A stretch of DNA of 64,000 nucleotides, taken from positions 1,585-65,584 of the forward strand of contig CASESH010000018.1 in the NCBI GenBank assembly GCA_949290565.1. Direction: 5' to 3'. How positions within the stretch are numbered: position 1 is the first letter of the stretch; each line of letters starts with the position of its first letter. Made by a program: the position numbers and the translations under genes. The notes under the pieces are model-generated. The model was not told the DNA's origin. It searched no databases and saw nothing but the letters and a program-made list of their open reading frames with translations. Origin of the DNA: an uncultured Christensenella sp. (GTDB lineage Bacteria; Bacillota; Clostridia; Christensenellales; UBA1242). This document shows, in pieces, positions 42,816 to 52,484 of this stretch.

Positions 42816-43033
42816 TTTTCTCTATCTCCCTTTTTAAGTAGTGTAGAGCGAATCTCTTTTAGTTCTTGCTTAATATCTTCGACAGTATCTAAATGCTGAT
42901 TTAATTTAGAAATAGTATCTTGATATTTTTTTTCTCTCTTAGCACTATCTTTTAACTGATAGACAAGCAAAGAAACAAACAGCACAGCCCAAGCCCCATT
43001 TGTAACTGCTTGGTTAAAAACTTCTTCCCACAT
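42812..43033 (-). CDS. BhlA/UviB family holin-like protein
   Basis: MWEEVFNQAVTNGAWAVLFVSLLVYQLKDSAKREKKYQDTISKL...VEDIK is a typical BhlA/UviB pattern. Confidence 0.85.
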   Translation of the reverse strand: MWEEVFNQAVTNGAWAVLFVSLLVYQLKDSAKREKKYQDTISKLNQHLDTVEDIKQELKEIRSTLLKKGDREN

Positions 43034-43311
43034 AAAATTTAATTAACTGTTTAGAATTTTTTTAAAACCTTCTTTAATTTTTTTTTCATAAATCTTCTTT
43101 TTTTTCATAAACCCTCTACATAATTAAAACAAGACAAAGTTATAATTAATAAATTAGATTTAAAAAATACCATTAAGGCACAAGATAAAAACTAGAAAGA
43201 GTAAAACAAATTAAATAAGAAAAATGTTAAGATAAATCTAGTAAAAAAACTAAAAATTTATATAACTTTGTCTTAAAAAAAGTTAATTTTTTTCACATTT
43301 TAAAATAAAGT

Positions 43312-44778
43312 TTATTTTGGTTGTTTAAAATTAAACTGCAACAAAGTAATGTCAAAATCTTCCAAACTAGAAGTAATATCATATCTAAAAATCGTACCTG
43401 AAATATTAACTCTAATTTTACGCAAATTAGGACTTTCTGGAATCTTGTATGTTCGAACTTTGTCATCAAAATGAATAGTCAAATCAAATTCTTTGTTGCA
43501 AATGACTTCTATATCTTTAAGAATGTTCTTTTGAGTAAAGTTGTCAAATAATAAGTTAGGACTTTCAAACTTTTTGTCAAGTACCGAAGAACCAACTTTA
43601 CCCGTATCATTTAAAACCCATAATTTGTTGCTATTATTTAAAGCAATAACTAAACGTTTGTAAAAAAGATAGTTTACTGAAACCATAGAAACAATATCAA
43701 CGCCATATAAAATATTATACTCTTGTGTTGCTAAATCAAATTCAACAAGCGCGTTATTTGAACTTAAAACTTCATCATTAAAACCAATTTTGCAAGCAAT
43801 GTAAAGTTTATTATCGTGGTAGCAGGTGTTGGCTTGTTCTTGGTCATACTCGGCAAGTTTTTCACAAATTGAACTGTCAACTTTTTTAACATCATAGCCA
43901 TCAAAAGAATAAAGTCCATCTTGTTGTAAAAAATATATTTTTTCTCCACAAATACAAACGCTATCACAATAAATCTTTTGACCTGCGTCATAAATATTGC
44001 TAGTTGTAAAATCACTTTTTAAATAAGTATTAATCTTGCTAATTCCAAAATCTCTAAACACATAAACGTTGTCTAGAAATGAAATCAAGTTTTTTAATTC
44101 GCCCTTATAATCGTTTAATTCTAACATTCCGGCGTCTTCACTTTCGGTAGTGTTCTTTAACCAATCAAGAGGGTTACAGTTGGCGCTGTACCTAACAATA
44201 TAATCCCACTTGGTATCAATAGCAAACAATCTATCATTATGAAAACACACACTTTTAAAACTAGGCGCAGTATCAACTGTGATAGGGTCCTCATCGCAAA
44301 ACCATACAAGCAAGTTATCGCTCTTTGATGAAAAGCCCATAACATCATCACCACTAATTCTAAAATTAATACCAATAGGAGACTCGTTAAAAGTATGATT
44401 AATGCAATAGTAGTCATCATTTAGAAAGAAAAGAGGAGTATAGTAAACTTTTTTATCCTGACAAATGACGACTAAAAAATAAAGAAAAGTTTGGTTATCG
44501 TGACTAAAACATCTATATCTAAAAATTTTTTTAACATTACTAGGAATTGGGTTGCGAGTTACGAAAGTAGAAGGACTAGAATGTAAAGTACTAATTGGAA
44601 TAGTAATTTCCTCTAAACCATTACCCAAGACTAACCTACCTTCCCTAGATTTAAGGTTATAGCAAACGCTAGGATTAACATAGTTGTTATTATAGGCTTT
44701 CTTTTTAGCAAGAGAAGTGGAAAAATTGTCAATAAAAAATTTCAGATTGCCAAAATCATTTTCATCAAAATAATTCAT
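43312..44778 (-). CDS. Podovirus tail nozzle/DNA-stabilisation-like protein (P22 gp10/T7 gp12 position)
   Basis: ~490-aa beta-rich protein (HNDRLF, VRYS..NPLDW, YFLQQDGLYSFDG), TAATG-coupled to the adaptor gene. Confidence 0.6.
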   Translation of the reverse strand: MNYFDENDFGNLKFFIDNFSTSLAKKKAYNNNYVNPSVCYNLKSREGRLVLGNGLEEITIPISTLHSSPSTFVTRNPIPSNVKKIFRYRCFSHDNQTFLYFLVVICQDKKVYYTPLFFLNDDYYCINHTFNESPIGINFRISGDDVMGFSSKSDNLLVWFCDEDPITVDTAPSFKSVCFHNDRLFAIDTKWDYIVRYSANCNPLDWLKNTTESEDAGMLELNDYKGELKNLISFLDNVYVFRDFGISKINTYLKSDFTTSNIYDAGQKIYCDSVCICGEKIYFLQQDGLYSFDGYDVKKVDSSICEKLAEYDQEQANTCYHDNKLYIACKIGFNDEVLSSNNALVEFDLATQEYNILYGVDIVSMVSVNYLFYKRLVIALNNSNKLWVLNDTGKVGSSVLDKKFESPNLLFDNFTQKNILKDIEVICNKEFDLTIHFDDKVRTYKIPESPNLRKIRVNISGTIFRYDITSSLEDFDITLLQFNFKQPK

Positions 44779-45338
44779 TAAAACCACCTCTTAGCCTTGA
44801 CGAACGCAAAAGTTTTGTACGCACGGGCGACCTTGTCATCAAAAGCCTTACGATAATAAGCAGAATCATCTAGAACACCACTAAGTAAAAAGAATTCACT
44901 AGCGACACCCATAGCGATAGTTCTAGCGCCGATAAAATTGAACTCGTTGACCTTGTCGTTGATACTGCTTACGCTAGGAATGTAAGAAAAATCAACACAA
45001 ACAGGAATATTTGAATTAAAACAAAGTTTATCATCAGCAATGGAAAATTTAACCTTACCATTTTTAGAAAAAACCTTGTTTACTTTAATTAAGTTTGAGT
45101 GGATTTGACTTAAAGGAAATTCGCAGTCGCCATGACTGACAATAATAGTCACTTTTGAAGGTTTAGATTTAGTAGTTGCCAACTCGTGTAAAATTCCATT
45201 TAATGCAATGAGCAACTTATCGAATTCAGTTTGAACCTCAGAACTAACTTGGTCAGCATTACCTTCAAAAATAGGTTCAAGTCTGTCATAGTTATCTACA
45301 TAAGCACTAGCAAGTTGCAGAATTTCTAAAACAGTCAT
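44778..45338 (-). CDS. Phage head-tail adaptor-like protein (P22 gp4/T7 gp11 position)
   Basis: MTVLEILQLA...ALNGILHEL...YIP...IAMGVASEFF; helical-beta-helical layout and position after MCP. Confidence 0.6.
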   Translation of the reverse strand: MTVLEILQLASAYVDNYDRLEPIFEGNADQVSSEVQTEFDKLLIALNGILHELATTKSKPSKVTIIVSHGDCEFPLSQIHSNLIKVNKVFSKNGKVKFSIADDKLCFNSNIPVCVDFSYIPSVSSINDKVNEFNFIGARTIAMGVASEFFLLSGVLDDSAYYRKAFDDKVARAYKTFAFVKAKRWF

Positions 45339-45381
45339 AATACTTCTCCTTTTAAGAAAAGACTAGATAAAGGGGCAAAAG

Positions 45382-45741
45382 TTAAATCCATCTAGTCGTG
45401 TTTGCCTTTTCAAAATTAACAACTCCACCCCGTTTGTCAGCAAAAACTAACTTTTGTTTTAAATCAAAAATATTTTTATTTTTTAATTCTAATTCTTCTT
45501 TTTCTTTAAGTTTTTTGTTATTTTGACTAACTTCCAAAAGAATAGATTTTTTTCGCCTAATATGAGTGTAGAGTGCTCTTTTAAGTGCTAAACAATCTAA
45601 TTTTGTGCCAATACTAAAAGCAAATTGATTTTTGAACTTTGCATAGTAGTTGTTTTTATGATAGAATATAGCATATTCTCTTTCAATTTTTTTTAGTCTT
45701 GAAGATATGTTAAATAAGTCATTTGTAATTAATTTTTCCAT
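45382..45741 (-). CDS. Small phage-like protein following the major capsid gene
   Basis: RBS AAGGGG, co-oriented within the structural module; function unknown. Confidence 0.65.
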   Translation of the reverse strand: MEKLITNDLFNISSRLKKIEREYAIFYHKNNYYAKFKNQFAFSIGTKLDCLALKRALYTHIRRKKSILLEVSQNNKKLKEKEELELKNKNIFDLKQKLVFADKRGGVVNFEKANTTRWI

Positions 45742-45770
45742 TTTACCCCTTTGACCTAATCTAAAATTTT

Positions 45771-46937
45771 TTAGTTAGAAGCAACAATCTTTGAAATCTT
45801 GCCTTGTCCACCTGGTCTATCACAAATGAGTTCGGCATATTTTACAAGTGTTGCTGAATATGTTGGATTGTTTGAAGATGGAATTAAAATGTTGCCATTT
45901 TCAGTTTGTAACCATTCCCAATCGCAAAGTTGGTGTAAATTGAAATCTTTGGTGTTAAGTAAGTACATTGTACCACTATCAACAAATCTTTCATAAACAA
46001 CAGGAATTCCTGCATATGTCATTGTCTTGTAACCACCTTCTAAAACTGCAACATCAATGTTTCTTTTATACTTTGACAAGTACTCTTGATAAAGTGTTCT
46101 AACATCTCCTGAAACAGCAATAAAGTCAATTTGATTACCTGTTTCTTCTTCTATTGAATTAAGAGCATTTTGAATTACACTATCGCTAATTGGAGTTGAA
46201 GTTGTACCGGCAAATTCATAAGGATAAAGCCATTTATATGAACTTCTATCTACGCCGTAAATAGTTGAATTAGATGTACTTGTATCAAAAATTCTCTTAA
46301 TACCTGTTATTTCATTATCCTTTGAACCACTTGCATAGAGTTTGTCTCCAACTGCAAAAGTGAATTCCTTGCTAAAAACAACAGTGTTATTCTTTCTATC
46401 TACGAACTCTACAACTACCCCTTCTTCTTCTAAGGCGCCATCAGAATAAATATCTACTTTCATTCCTTCAACCAAGTTTTTGACGCTATCAAATTTTGTA
46501 CCGGCACTTACATCGCTAACAGTTGCAACAAGTCCTGTCCCATCTCCGTATAACATACGGCCAAGATTAAACGAACTTGACTTTATTAAACTTTCCATCT
46601 CGTCGCTTAATAAATTAACAAACGCACCAACATTGGACATACTTGCTCTAATTGCCTTGTCTGAAATTTCAATCTTGCCATACAAGTTTTTTAACCCTGT
46701 CTTGAATTGTAAAAATTTGTGTGAACTTGCACTTGGTAAATTGCCTGTTTCAGTTGTAGCACAAATTCCACCATTTAAACCATATGGGGCTAGTTTGATA
46801 ATCTCTTTACCAAAAACATCTTTGCTAGATTGTTTTATTCTAGAAAGTAAAGCATTTGACTTTAAGTTAAGTTGTTCGCTTATTACTCCTAAATAAACTG
46901 ATTTTAAAGCATTTTCTGCTGATTGAATTGTAACCAT
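45771..46937 (-). CDS. Major capsid protein (probable HK97 fold)
   Basis: 388 aa; ETGNLP, YGKIEISDKAI, LYGDGTG, LEGGYKTMTYAGIPVVYERF, YAELICDRP pattern; lies after portal and scaffold. Confidence 0.88.
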   Translation of the reverse strand: MVTIQSAENALKSVYLGVISEQLNLKSNALLSRIKQSSKDVFGKEIIKLAPYGLNGGICATTETGNLPSASSHKFLQFKTGLKNLYGKIEISDKAIRASMSNVGAFVNLLSDEMESLIKSSSFNLGRMLYGDGTGLVATVSDVSAGTKFDSVKNLVEGMKVDIYSDGALEEEGVVVEFVDRKNNTVVFSKEFTFAVGDKLYASGSKDNEITGIKRIFDTSTSNSTIYGVDRSSYKWLYPYEFAGTTSTPISDSVIQNALNSIEEETGNQIDFIAVSGDVRTLYQEYLSKYKRNIDVAVLEGGYKTMTYAGIPVVYERFVDSGTMYLLNTKDFNLHQLCDWEWLQTENGNILIPSSNNPTYSATLVKYAELICDRPGGQGKISKIVASN

Positions 46938-46976
46938 TTATTTTCCCCTTGTAATAAATTATGTTTTTTAGTTTAA

Positions 46977-47125
46977 TAACCTTATAGTATAGAGAAATTC
47001 AAGCACATTCCTCTTTACTAAATAAGGTTACTTGTAGGGCAACTTTCTCACTTCGTTGACCTAACCTTTACGACAACCTATTTTAGCAAATTCAATAGGC
47101 TGAAAAACACGAATAAACAGCCCTA
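46977..47125 (-). promoter_or_regulatory. Structured leader upstream of the major capsid gene
   Basis: Three consecutive hairpins plus an alternative stem, in a locally GC-richer patch. Confidence 0.45.
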
Positions 47126-47523
47126 AAAAACTACCTACTTAACTATTAAATGATAGTAATTCAAAATTTTTTCTTCCTTTTTTTGATTGTTCTAAAATAT
47201 AATGCTTGACTCAATCTTAAATAAAAGAATGTTTAAAAAAAACAAATGAAATTTGTTTGGTTTAATTAAAACTTACTTTATACAAAAATAGTTAGAAAAA
47301 TTTTTTATTTTAGGACTTTTGCTTTGGTAAAGCACATTTACTAAGTATTCCCCCTGTTTCCATTTGAACTATTAATTCTCTTAAAGCCTTTGACTTAACT
47401 ATTTCATAAGACCTGATAAATTGACCTTCGCAAATTGTATGTAAAATGTTTGCAAAGCCAACTAAGTAGAATGACTTTAACAGTTTTCCAACTAATAGTT
47501 TTTGCCAAACTACAAGGCGAACT

Positions 47524-48018
47524 CTACTTATTATTAGTAAACATATCTCTAACAATCTTCTCGGCATCTTCTAAATTCTTTGGTTTACTAACCGGACTAA
47601 CTACAACATTGCTCCCTCTTTGCGAACCAATGAGAGTAGGAACAGAATCTAATTTAGTCTCAAAAATATACTTAGAAACAACTTTATCTCTAAGTTGTGC
47701 ATTAGATAAAATAAAATCAACTATCTCCTGTTCTTTGTCCTGCCAAGAAGTGCCTTCTTTAACTTCCTGTGGTGAAGAATTCTCCTCATTATCATCAAGT
47801 CGCTTTTGAAGACAAGCAAGTGATTGACATTTTTTAGTGTAATCACTTTGTAAATTATTGTAGGCCGTTAAAAGACTTTCGACATCTTTAAACTTGCCTA
47901 ACTTGGAGCCAATTTTGTTATCAAAACCTGACCTATTATCATCAACGCTATTAGCCTGCAAAAGTTCTTTGCCTTGTCCATTTGTAACGCATGGTTGTTC
48001 CAAAATATTTTCTTCCAT
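47524..48018 (-). CDS. Putative capsid scaffolding protein
   Basis: Between portal and MCP; GKFKDVESLLTAYNNLQSDYTKKCQ coiled coil and C-terminal 'KPKNLEDAEKIV'. Confidence 0.7.
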   Translation of the reverse strand: MEENILEQPCVTNGQGKELLQANSVDDNRSGFDNKIGSKLGKFKDVESLLTAYNNLQSDYTKKCQSLACLQKRLDDNEENSSPQEVKEGTSWQDKEQEIVDFILSNAQLRDKVVSKYIFETKLDSVPTLIGSQRGSNVVVSPVSKPKNLEDAEKIVRDMFTNNK

Positions 48019-48090
48019 AAAAATCCCCTTTTTAAATAAGATAAAAGAATAAACAAAAACTAAAACATTAGATTTTGTTAAGTTAGTTAA

Positions 48091-48342
48091 AAAATAAGTT
48101 TTGTTAAGATTATTTAAGTTTTGTTAAGATTATTTAAGTTTTATTAACTTTTGTTAACTTTTATTAACTTTCGTTATGTTTTATTAAGTTTAATTAACTT
48201 TTATTAACTTTTATTAACTTTTATTAACTTTTATTAACTTTTATTAACTTTTATTAATTTTTATTAAGTTTTATTAAGTTTTATTAAGTTTTTGAAAGTT
48301 TTATTAAGTTTATTTAGGTTTAACTAAGATTTGTTAAGTTTT
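48091..48342 (-). repeat. 10-bp tandem array B, ~25 units (inverted relative to array A)
   Basis: ttattaactt/ttattaagtt/ttgttaagat units, directly after the portal stop codon. Confidence 0.95.
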
Positions 48343-49920
48343 CTAAATATTTATTCCAAAAATTTCTAAAACTTTATTCTTAAATTGTTCATCAATTTTG
48401 CCATTTTCATCTCTAAAAATGTCCGAATCAAGCAACTTTAAAATATGGTCTCTCTTTGTTGACAAACTTTCGCTTAGTGAACAGTCGCTCATAAAAACTA
48501 CATCTTCAAGTCCTAAGTCGCTACTTTTAAAGTATTTAACTGAAATCTCTTTCTTATCATTAGAAACTCTAATAAGTCTAGGCAAAACAGCAAACTGTTT
48601 ATAAAGTCTTAAAATCATTTTTGCCATACTCTTAACTGCGCCATCAATTTGTTCAATAGTCGAGTTAAGTCTTGAAGAATCTTGTTCAATTAAGAGTTCG
48701 AGTGCCGTACCGCTTAGAGAATTAGCACTAAATTGGTTAGACAAAATGTTAGTAACGCCACTAATTTCGCTAAATTCTTGTAAAAGACTTTCTTCTTCCT
48801 TATCGAAGCAACTAGGAAGGTTTTCTTCCTCTAAGAACTTAGGAGGCGTACCACCCTGCCTATAAATAATAACTTTGCCCGGTTCTAAACCATCTTGAAT
48901 AAGGTCCTCGACGTCAATACTGCCATCTTCGACAGTCAAAACACCCATAGAAATACGGTTTAAGAACTCGTGCTTTCTATTTTTAACAGCGTTGTAGGCT
49001 CTTTGAACGGGAATAATTTTACTAATGATACTTTTTCCCCAAAAACAACCTACGACTGAAAGACAATTTTGTTTAATGAAAGGAAAACCTCTTTTACCGT
49101 CAGGCAAATTAATAAATGGCAAATCGCCAACATAAAGCAACTTATCTTCACAAACGATAACAAGTCTGCCATTAGGAAACTGTTGCGAAGGGGCCTCATA
49201 TTTTTCAATCACAATGGCGTGGTCGTGTTTAGTGGAAGAAGAAAGAGAGGTCGAGGAATAGTCGAAAATATCAATATCTTTACCACTAACGTCAACGCCC
49301 CAAATATTCTTAATTGCTCTAACGCTGTAAGCCTTAGCGTGAATAATGCTCTCGCAATCATTAATGTCCTCGCAAGAATTATTGTCTGGAAAAATTTCAA
49401 ATGGAGAAACGGCGCAAACGCTAACTTCTCCTTCATAAACAAAGTCGCCACTAGAATTAGTAATTTTTTTACCCTGATTGTGATTCCAAACGACCTTGTA
49501 GAAACTAGTTCCGGTTATCTCGCTCCACTTTATCGCCTTAGAAATCACGCTTGACAAGTCAAGTTTTTCATAAACGCTACGCAAAATGTCTTGTGACAAG
49601 TCTGCAATTTGATGGTCATCTTTTGAAGGACTAGATGGAAGAATGTCCATTTCAGGCTTAACGGCAGTAAGTTTAGAAACTCTATCTTCAATAATTGAAG
49701 CAATGTGATTAAAGACATTTCTTTCTTGCCAAAAGTAACTTTTCTCGTTGTCCTCAATATCCATAAGAAGATTAATATTAGTGTATTGCTTACCAATAAA
49801 GAAATTATTATTTAGTCGCCACTCAGCCTCAAAAGGTTTTCTATCTTTTTGTCTTTTTTCAAAATCTTGCTTAACCGAGTTGATTAAATCTTCAATAAAC
49901 TCGCTTTTTTTCTTTCTCAT
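48343..49920 (-). CDS. Phage portal protein (podovirus/P22-like)
   Basis: 525 aa; W..N..FF.GKQY, VFNHIASIIE, VSPFEIFPD, FWGKSII..IIPVQRAYN, SGTALELL; follows terminase genes. Confidence 0.82.
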   Translation of the reverse strand: MRKKKSEFIEDLINSVKQDFEKRQKDRKPFEAEWRLNNNFFIGKQYTNINLLMDIEDNEKSYFWQERNVFNHIASIIEDRVSKLTAVKPEMDILPSSPSKDDHQIADLSQDILRSVYEKLDLSSVISKAIKWSEITGTSFYKVVWNHNQGKKITNSSGDFVYEGEVSVCAVSPFEIFPDNNSCEDINDCESIIHAKAYSVRAIKNIWGVDVSGKDIDIFDYSSTSLSSSTKHDHAIVIEKYEAPSQQFPNGRLVIVCEDKLLYVGDLPFINLPDGKRGFPFIKQNCLSVVGCFWGKSIISKIIPVQRAYNAVKNRKHEFLNRISMGVLTVEDGSIDVEDLIQDGLEPGKVIIYRQGGTPPKFLEEENLPSCFDKEEESLLQEFSEISGVTNILSNQFSANSLSGTALELLIEQDSSRLNSTIEQIDGAVKSMAKMILRLYKQFAVLPRLIRVSNDKKEISVKYFKSSDLGLEDVVFMSDCSLSESLSTKRDHILKLLDSDIFRDENGKIDEQFKNKVLEIFGINI

Positions 49921-50255
49921 AATTCATTCCTTTTTATAAAATATATATTCAACTTCTAACCCCAAACTCGAAACAAAAAAAACAAATGAGCAATTAAAAA
50001 AGTAAAGAGGAAACAAATCCAATTTACTTTTTTTAGGATAATAAAACGCTATTATTTAAGAGTAATACTCTTGCATTTTACTTATATAAAATAAATATTT
50101 TATTATTTAAAGATAAGTTTTAAAAAAATATAAAATCATTTAAAACAATTAAAAAAATTGTTTGTGAAATAGAAGGTTAAAAAAAATTCAAAAACAGTTA
50201 AAAGTTTGTAAATTAAAAAATAAAAGAGTAAGAAGTTTAAAGGTTAAAAGAAAAA

Positions 50256-50648
50256 CTAATTTGATTGCTCACTTAAAATTTTAATCAGTCTATTTTTTTC
50301 AGTCAACAACTCCTCATCACTAAAATTAGAGTAATCGCAACAATCAGATGACGAAGAATTATTCATTTCACACAAAATTTTAATAGAATTAATATCAGGT
50401 GCGTGTTTTCTAGTAGTAATCTTTTGAGATTTAAGAGTTTTGTTCCCCTCTTTGTCGCAAACGAATTCTTCCACGCACTCACTAGTAGTGTAACCCTTTG
50501 CTAAATAGGAAAGCGAATCAAACAAAAAACTTTCCTGCCCGGGCAAAACATTTTTACAATCTTGATTATTTTTTTTTCTACCCATATTGAAAATCCCAAA
50601 AAAAGTTTTAATGTAGTCAAAGCAAGAAACAAAAAAGTTTACAAGCAA
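50256..50648 (-). CDS. Terminase small subunit-like protein lacking the N-terminal HTH
   Basis: LAKGYTTSECVEE...KITTRKHAPD resembles the oligomerisation half of Firmicute phage TerS-like proteins (ALGY..EE..TTK.VPPD). Start uncertain (ATG at 50585 possible). Confidence 0.55.
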   Translation of the reverse strand: MLVNFFVSCFDYIKTFFGIFNMGRKKNNQDCKNVLPGQESFLFDSLSYLAKGYTTSECVEEFVCDKEGNKTLKSQKITTRKHAPDINSIKILCEMNNSSSSDCCDYSNFSDEELLTEKNRLIKILSEQSN

Positions 50649-50941
50649 ATGACTTAAATATTTTTAAAAGTTTTAGCCTAACAAACATATCACAATTAAA
50701 ATTTTGTTAAAGTCTTTTTAATTGTCAGTTTTGTTTAGTAAAACAAATAGAAATTAAAGTAATTTAGATATTTATAATAAAATATTTTTGCAAAAATATA
50801 AAAAATTAAAAATTCTTATATAAAACATTAACAACTATTTTTAATAAAGGCGTAATTTATTTATTGTTAAAGTTTTATTTATAAAGTCGTACAACTTATT
50901 TAGAAACAAAAATTATCGCTAAATTTTGTTTAATTTAAACT

Positions 50942-52465
50942 TTATCTATATAATCTTTTTTTACGCATAAGTTCTTTTGCAACTTTGTCCTTATGTTTTT
51001 CAAGGTAAGTTTTAGGTCTAGCGTGAGGACTAGGTTTTGTCATAAGATAATATCTAAGTTCATCAAGGCAGTGGTCATCTTTTTTGACAGGCGTGTCGCC
51101 ACTCGACCAAAAATATGTTTTAAATTCTCTAATTAGATTAGTACAACAAGAAAAAATAAACAATCTAGCACGACCATTTGAATTTTTAATGTAAGACTTA
51201 ACCTGAGCAATTCCGGAAAACAAATCTTTATTTACTTTTGTATTCACAGCAATTCCCCTTTCATAAAATAGTTCGGCAACGCTTTTAACACCATTCAAAG
51301 TTCTTTGCCCGGCAGCGCTGTCAATAAGCGCCTCGTAATAACCCATATTGTTAGTGGGCCAATTTAAACTTTTACAAATGTTTTTTATTTTTTCAGCGTG
51401 ATAGTCAATGTCCTTACCTGCCTCAAAGTGCTCTTTTATAACATAAACATTTCCATCATAGTCAACGCAATACCAATGGCAAGCAAGAGGATTATTTAGT
51501 CCTGGGTCAATAGAAATTCCATCGTACCAATCGCTTGGAACATTAAACGGTTGAATAACATTAACTCTGTCGTCAAACTCTTTATAAACAAGTCCTTGGC
51601 TACCCGAAAACCTTCCATACTTTCTGGCATCGAGGTCATCAGTTGAGAGAGAGTTTTCAAAGAATTCAATCTCCTTCTCATCAAGGAAAGGGTTGTCGTT
51701 CCAATCCATTTGAATAAACCAAACCTCAGGGTTGTTTTTTTGATTTAAGAAAATCTCATCATAAACCCAACTCAAACCTTTTAAAGGAGTCATAGTACCA
51801 AAGAGTTCCCCCTTTTTATCAAGAACTCTCATTCGACATTCGAGATAAATGTCGTAACTAGGCTCCTCGTCAAACCAAACAAAATCTAAACTAGTTCCCT
51901 GGAATTTTTCACGACCTTGGTCGCAACTTTTAAACCCTATTGTGCTAGTCGAACCAAAAACATTTTTAATAAGGATATAATCAATAATACCATTTTCTGG
52001 GCTGTCTTTTTTACCTGAAAGCATAACAATTTCCTCAATCCAAAGAGGATTTAGATATTGCAAAATTTTTTTTTGAGCAACATCTCTTTGGACCTGTTTT
52101 GAAAGACTAACTACCCAGCCACTAACCGGGCCCTTATTATTTCTAAAAGGATGAATTCCCCTTGCTAAAAAAATAACCTCAACAGCACCACATTCAGTCT
52201 TGCCCGTTCTGTTGCCACCAAAAACCCACCTATTACGTTTTAAGCACTTGTGGAACTCCATTTGCTTTAAATGAACTTTTTCACCTGTATTGTAAGAAGC
52301 AAGTTTGTCAAAACGCTTTCTACTTTCGATTTCGCCATCAATTAAACCTAATTCCAAAACAGTTTTATAAAAAGAAGAACCGTTTTTTAAACCAAAAGCC
52401 GACTTACGATATCTTTTTTCAACTTCCAAAGCCACCAAAGTCAGCCTAGCAACTTCATCTCTCAT
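50942..52465 (-). CDS. Terminase large subunit
   Basis: Walker A GGNRTGKT, Walker B VWFDEEP, motif III TMTP, RNase H-like nuclease SIDPG...IDSA...DDHCLDELRY; ATG at 52465 with RBS AAGGTGG. Confidence 0.93.
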   Translation of the reverse strand: MRDEVARLTLVALEVEKRYRKSAFGLKNGSSFYKTVLELGLIDGEIESRKRFDKLASYNTGEKVHLKQMEFHKCLKRNRWVFGGNRTGKTECGAVEVIFLARGIHPFRNNKGPVSGWVVSLSKQVQRDVAQKKILQYLNPLWIEEIVMLSGKKDSPENGIIDYILIKNVFGSTSTIGFKSCDQGREKFQGTSLDFVWFDEEPSYDIYLECRMRVLDKKGELFGTMTPLKGLSWVYDEIFLNQKNNPEVWFIQMDWNDNPFLDEKEIEFFENSLSTDDLDARKYGRFSGSQGLVYKEFDDRVNVIQPFNVPSDWYDGISIDPGLNNPLACHWYCVDYDGNVYVIKEHFEAGKDIDYHAEKIKNICKSLNWPTNNMGYYEALIDSAAGQRTLNGVKSVAELFYERGIAVNTKVNKDLFSGIAQVKSYIKNSNGRARLFIFSCCTNLIREFKTYFWSSGDTPVKKDDHCLDELRYYLMTKPSPHARPKTYLEKHKDKVAKELMRKKRLYR

Positions 52466-52477
52466 TAAAACCACCTT

Positions 52478-52484
52478 TTCGACA
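52478..52484 (-). promoter_or_regulatory. Spo0A box (TGTCGAA) abutting the terL RBS
   Basis: Minus strand TTTTGTCGAAAAGGTGG; perfect 0A consensus. Confidence 0.45.

Noticed and set aside
45771..46937. Encapsulin nanocompartment
   Set aside because: The capsid gene is accompanied by terminase, portal and scaffold, i.e. a DNA-packaging head rather than a cargo-enzyme shell.
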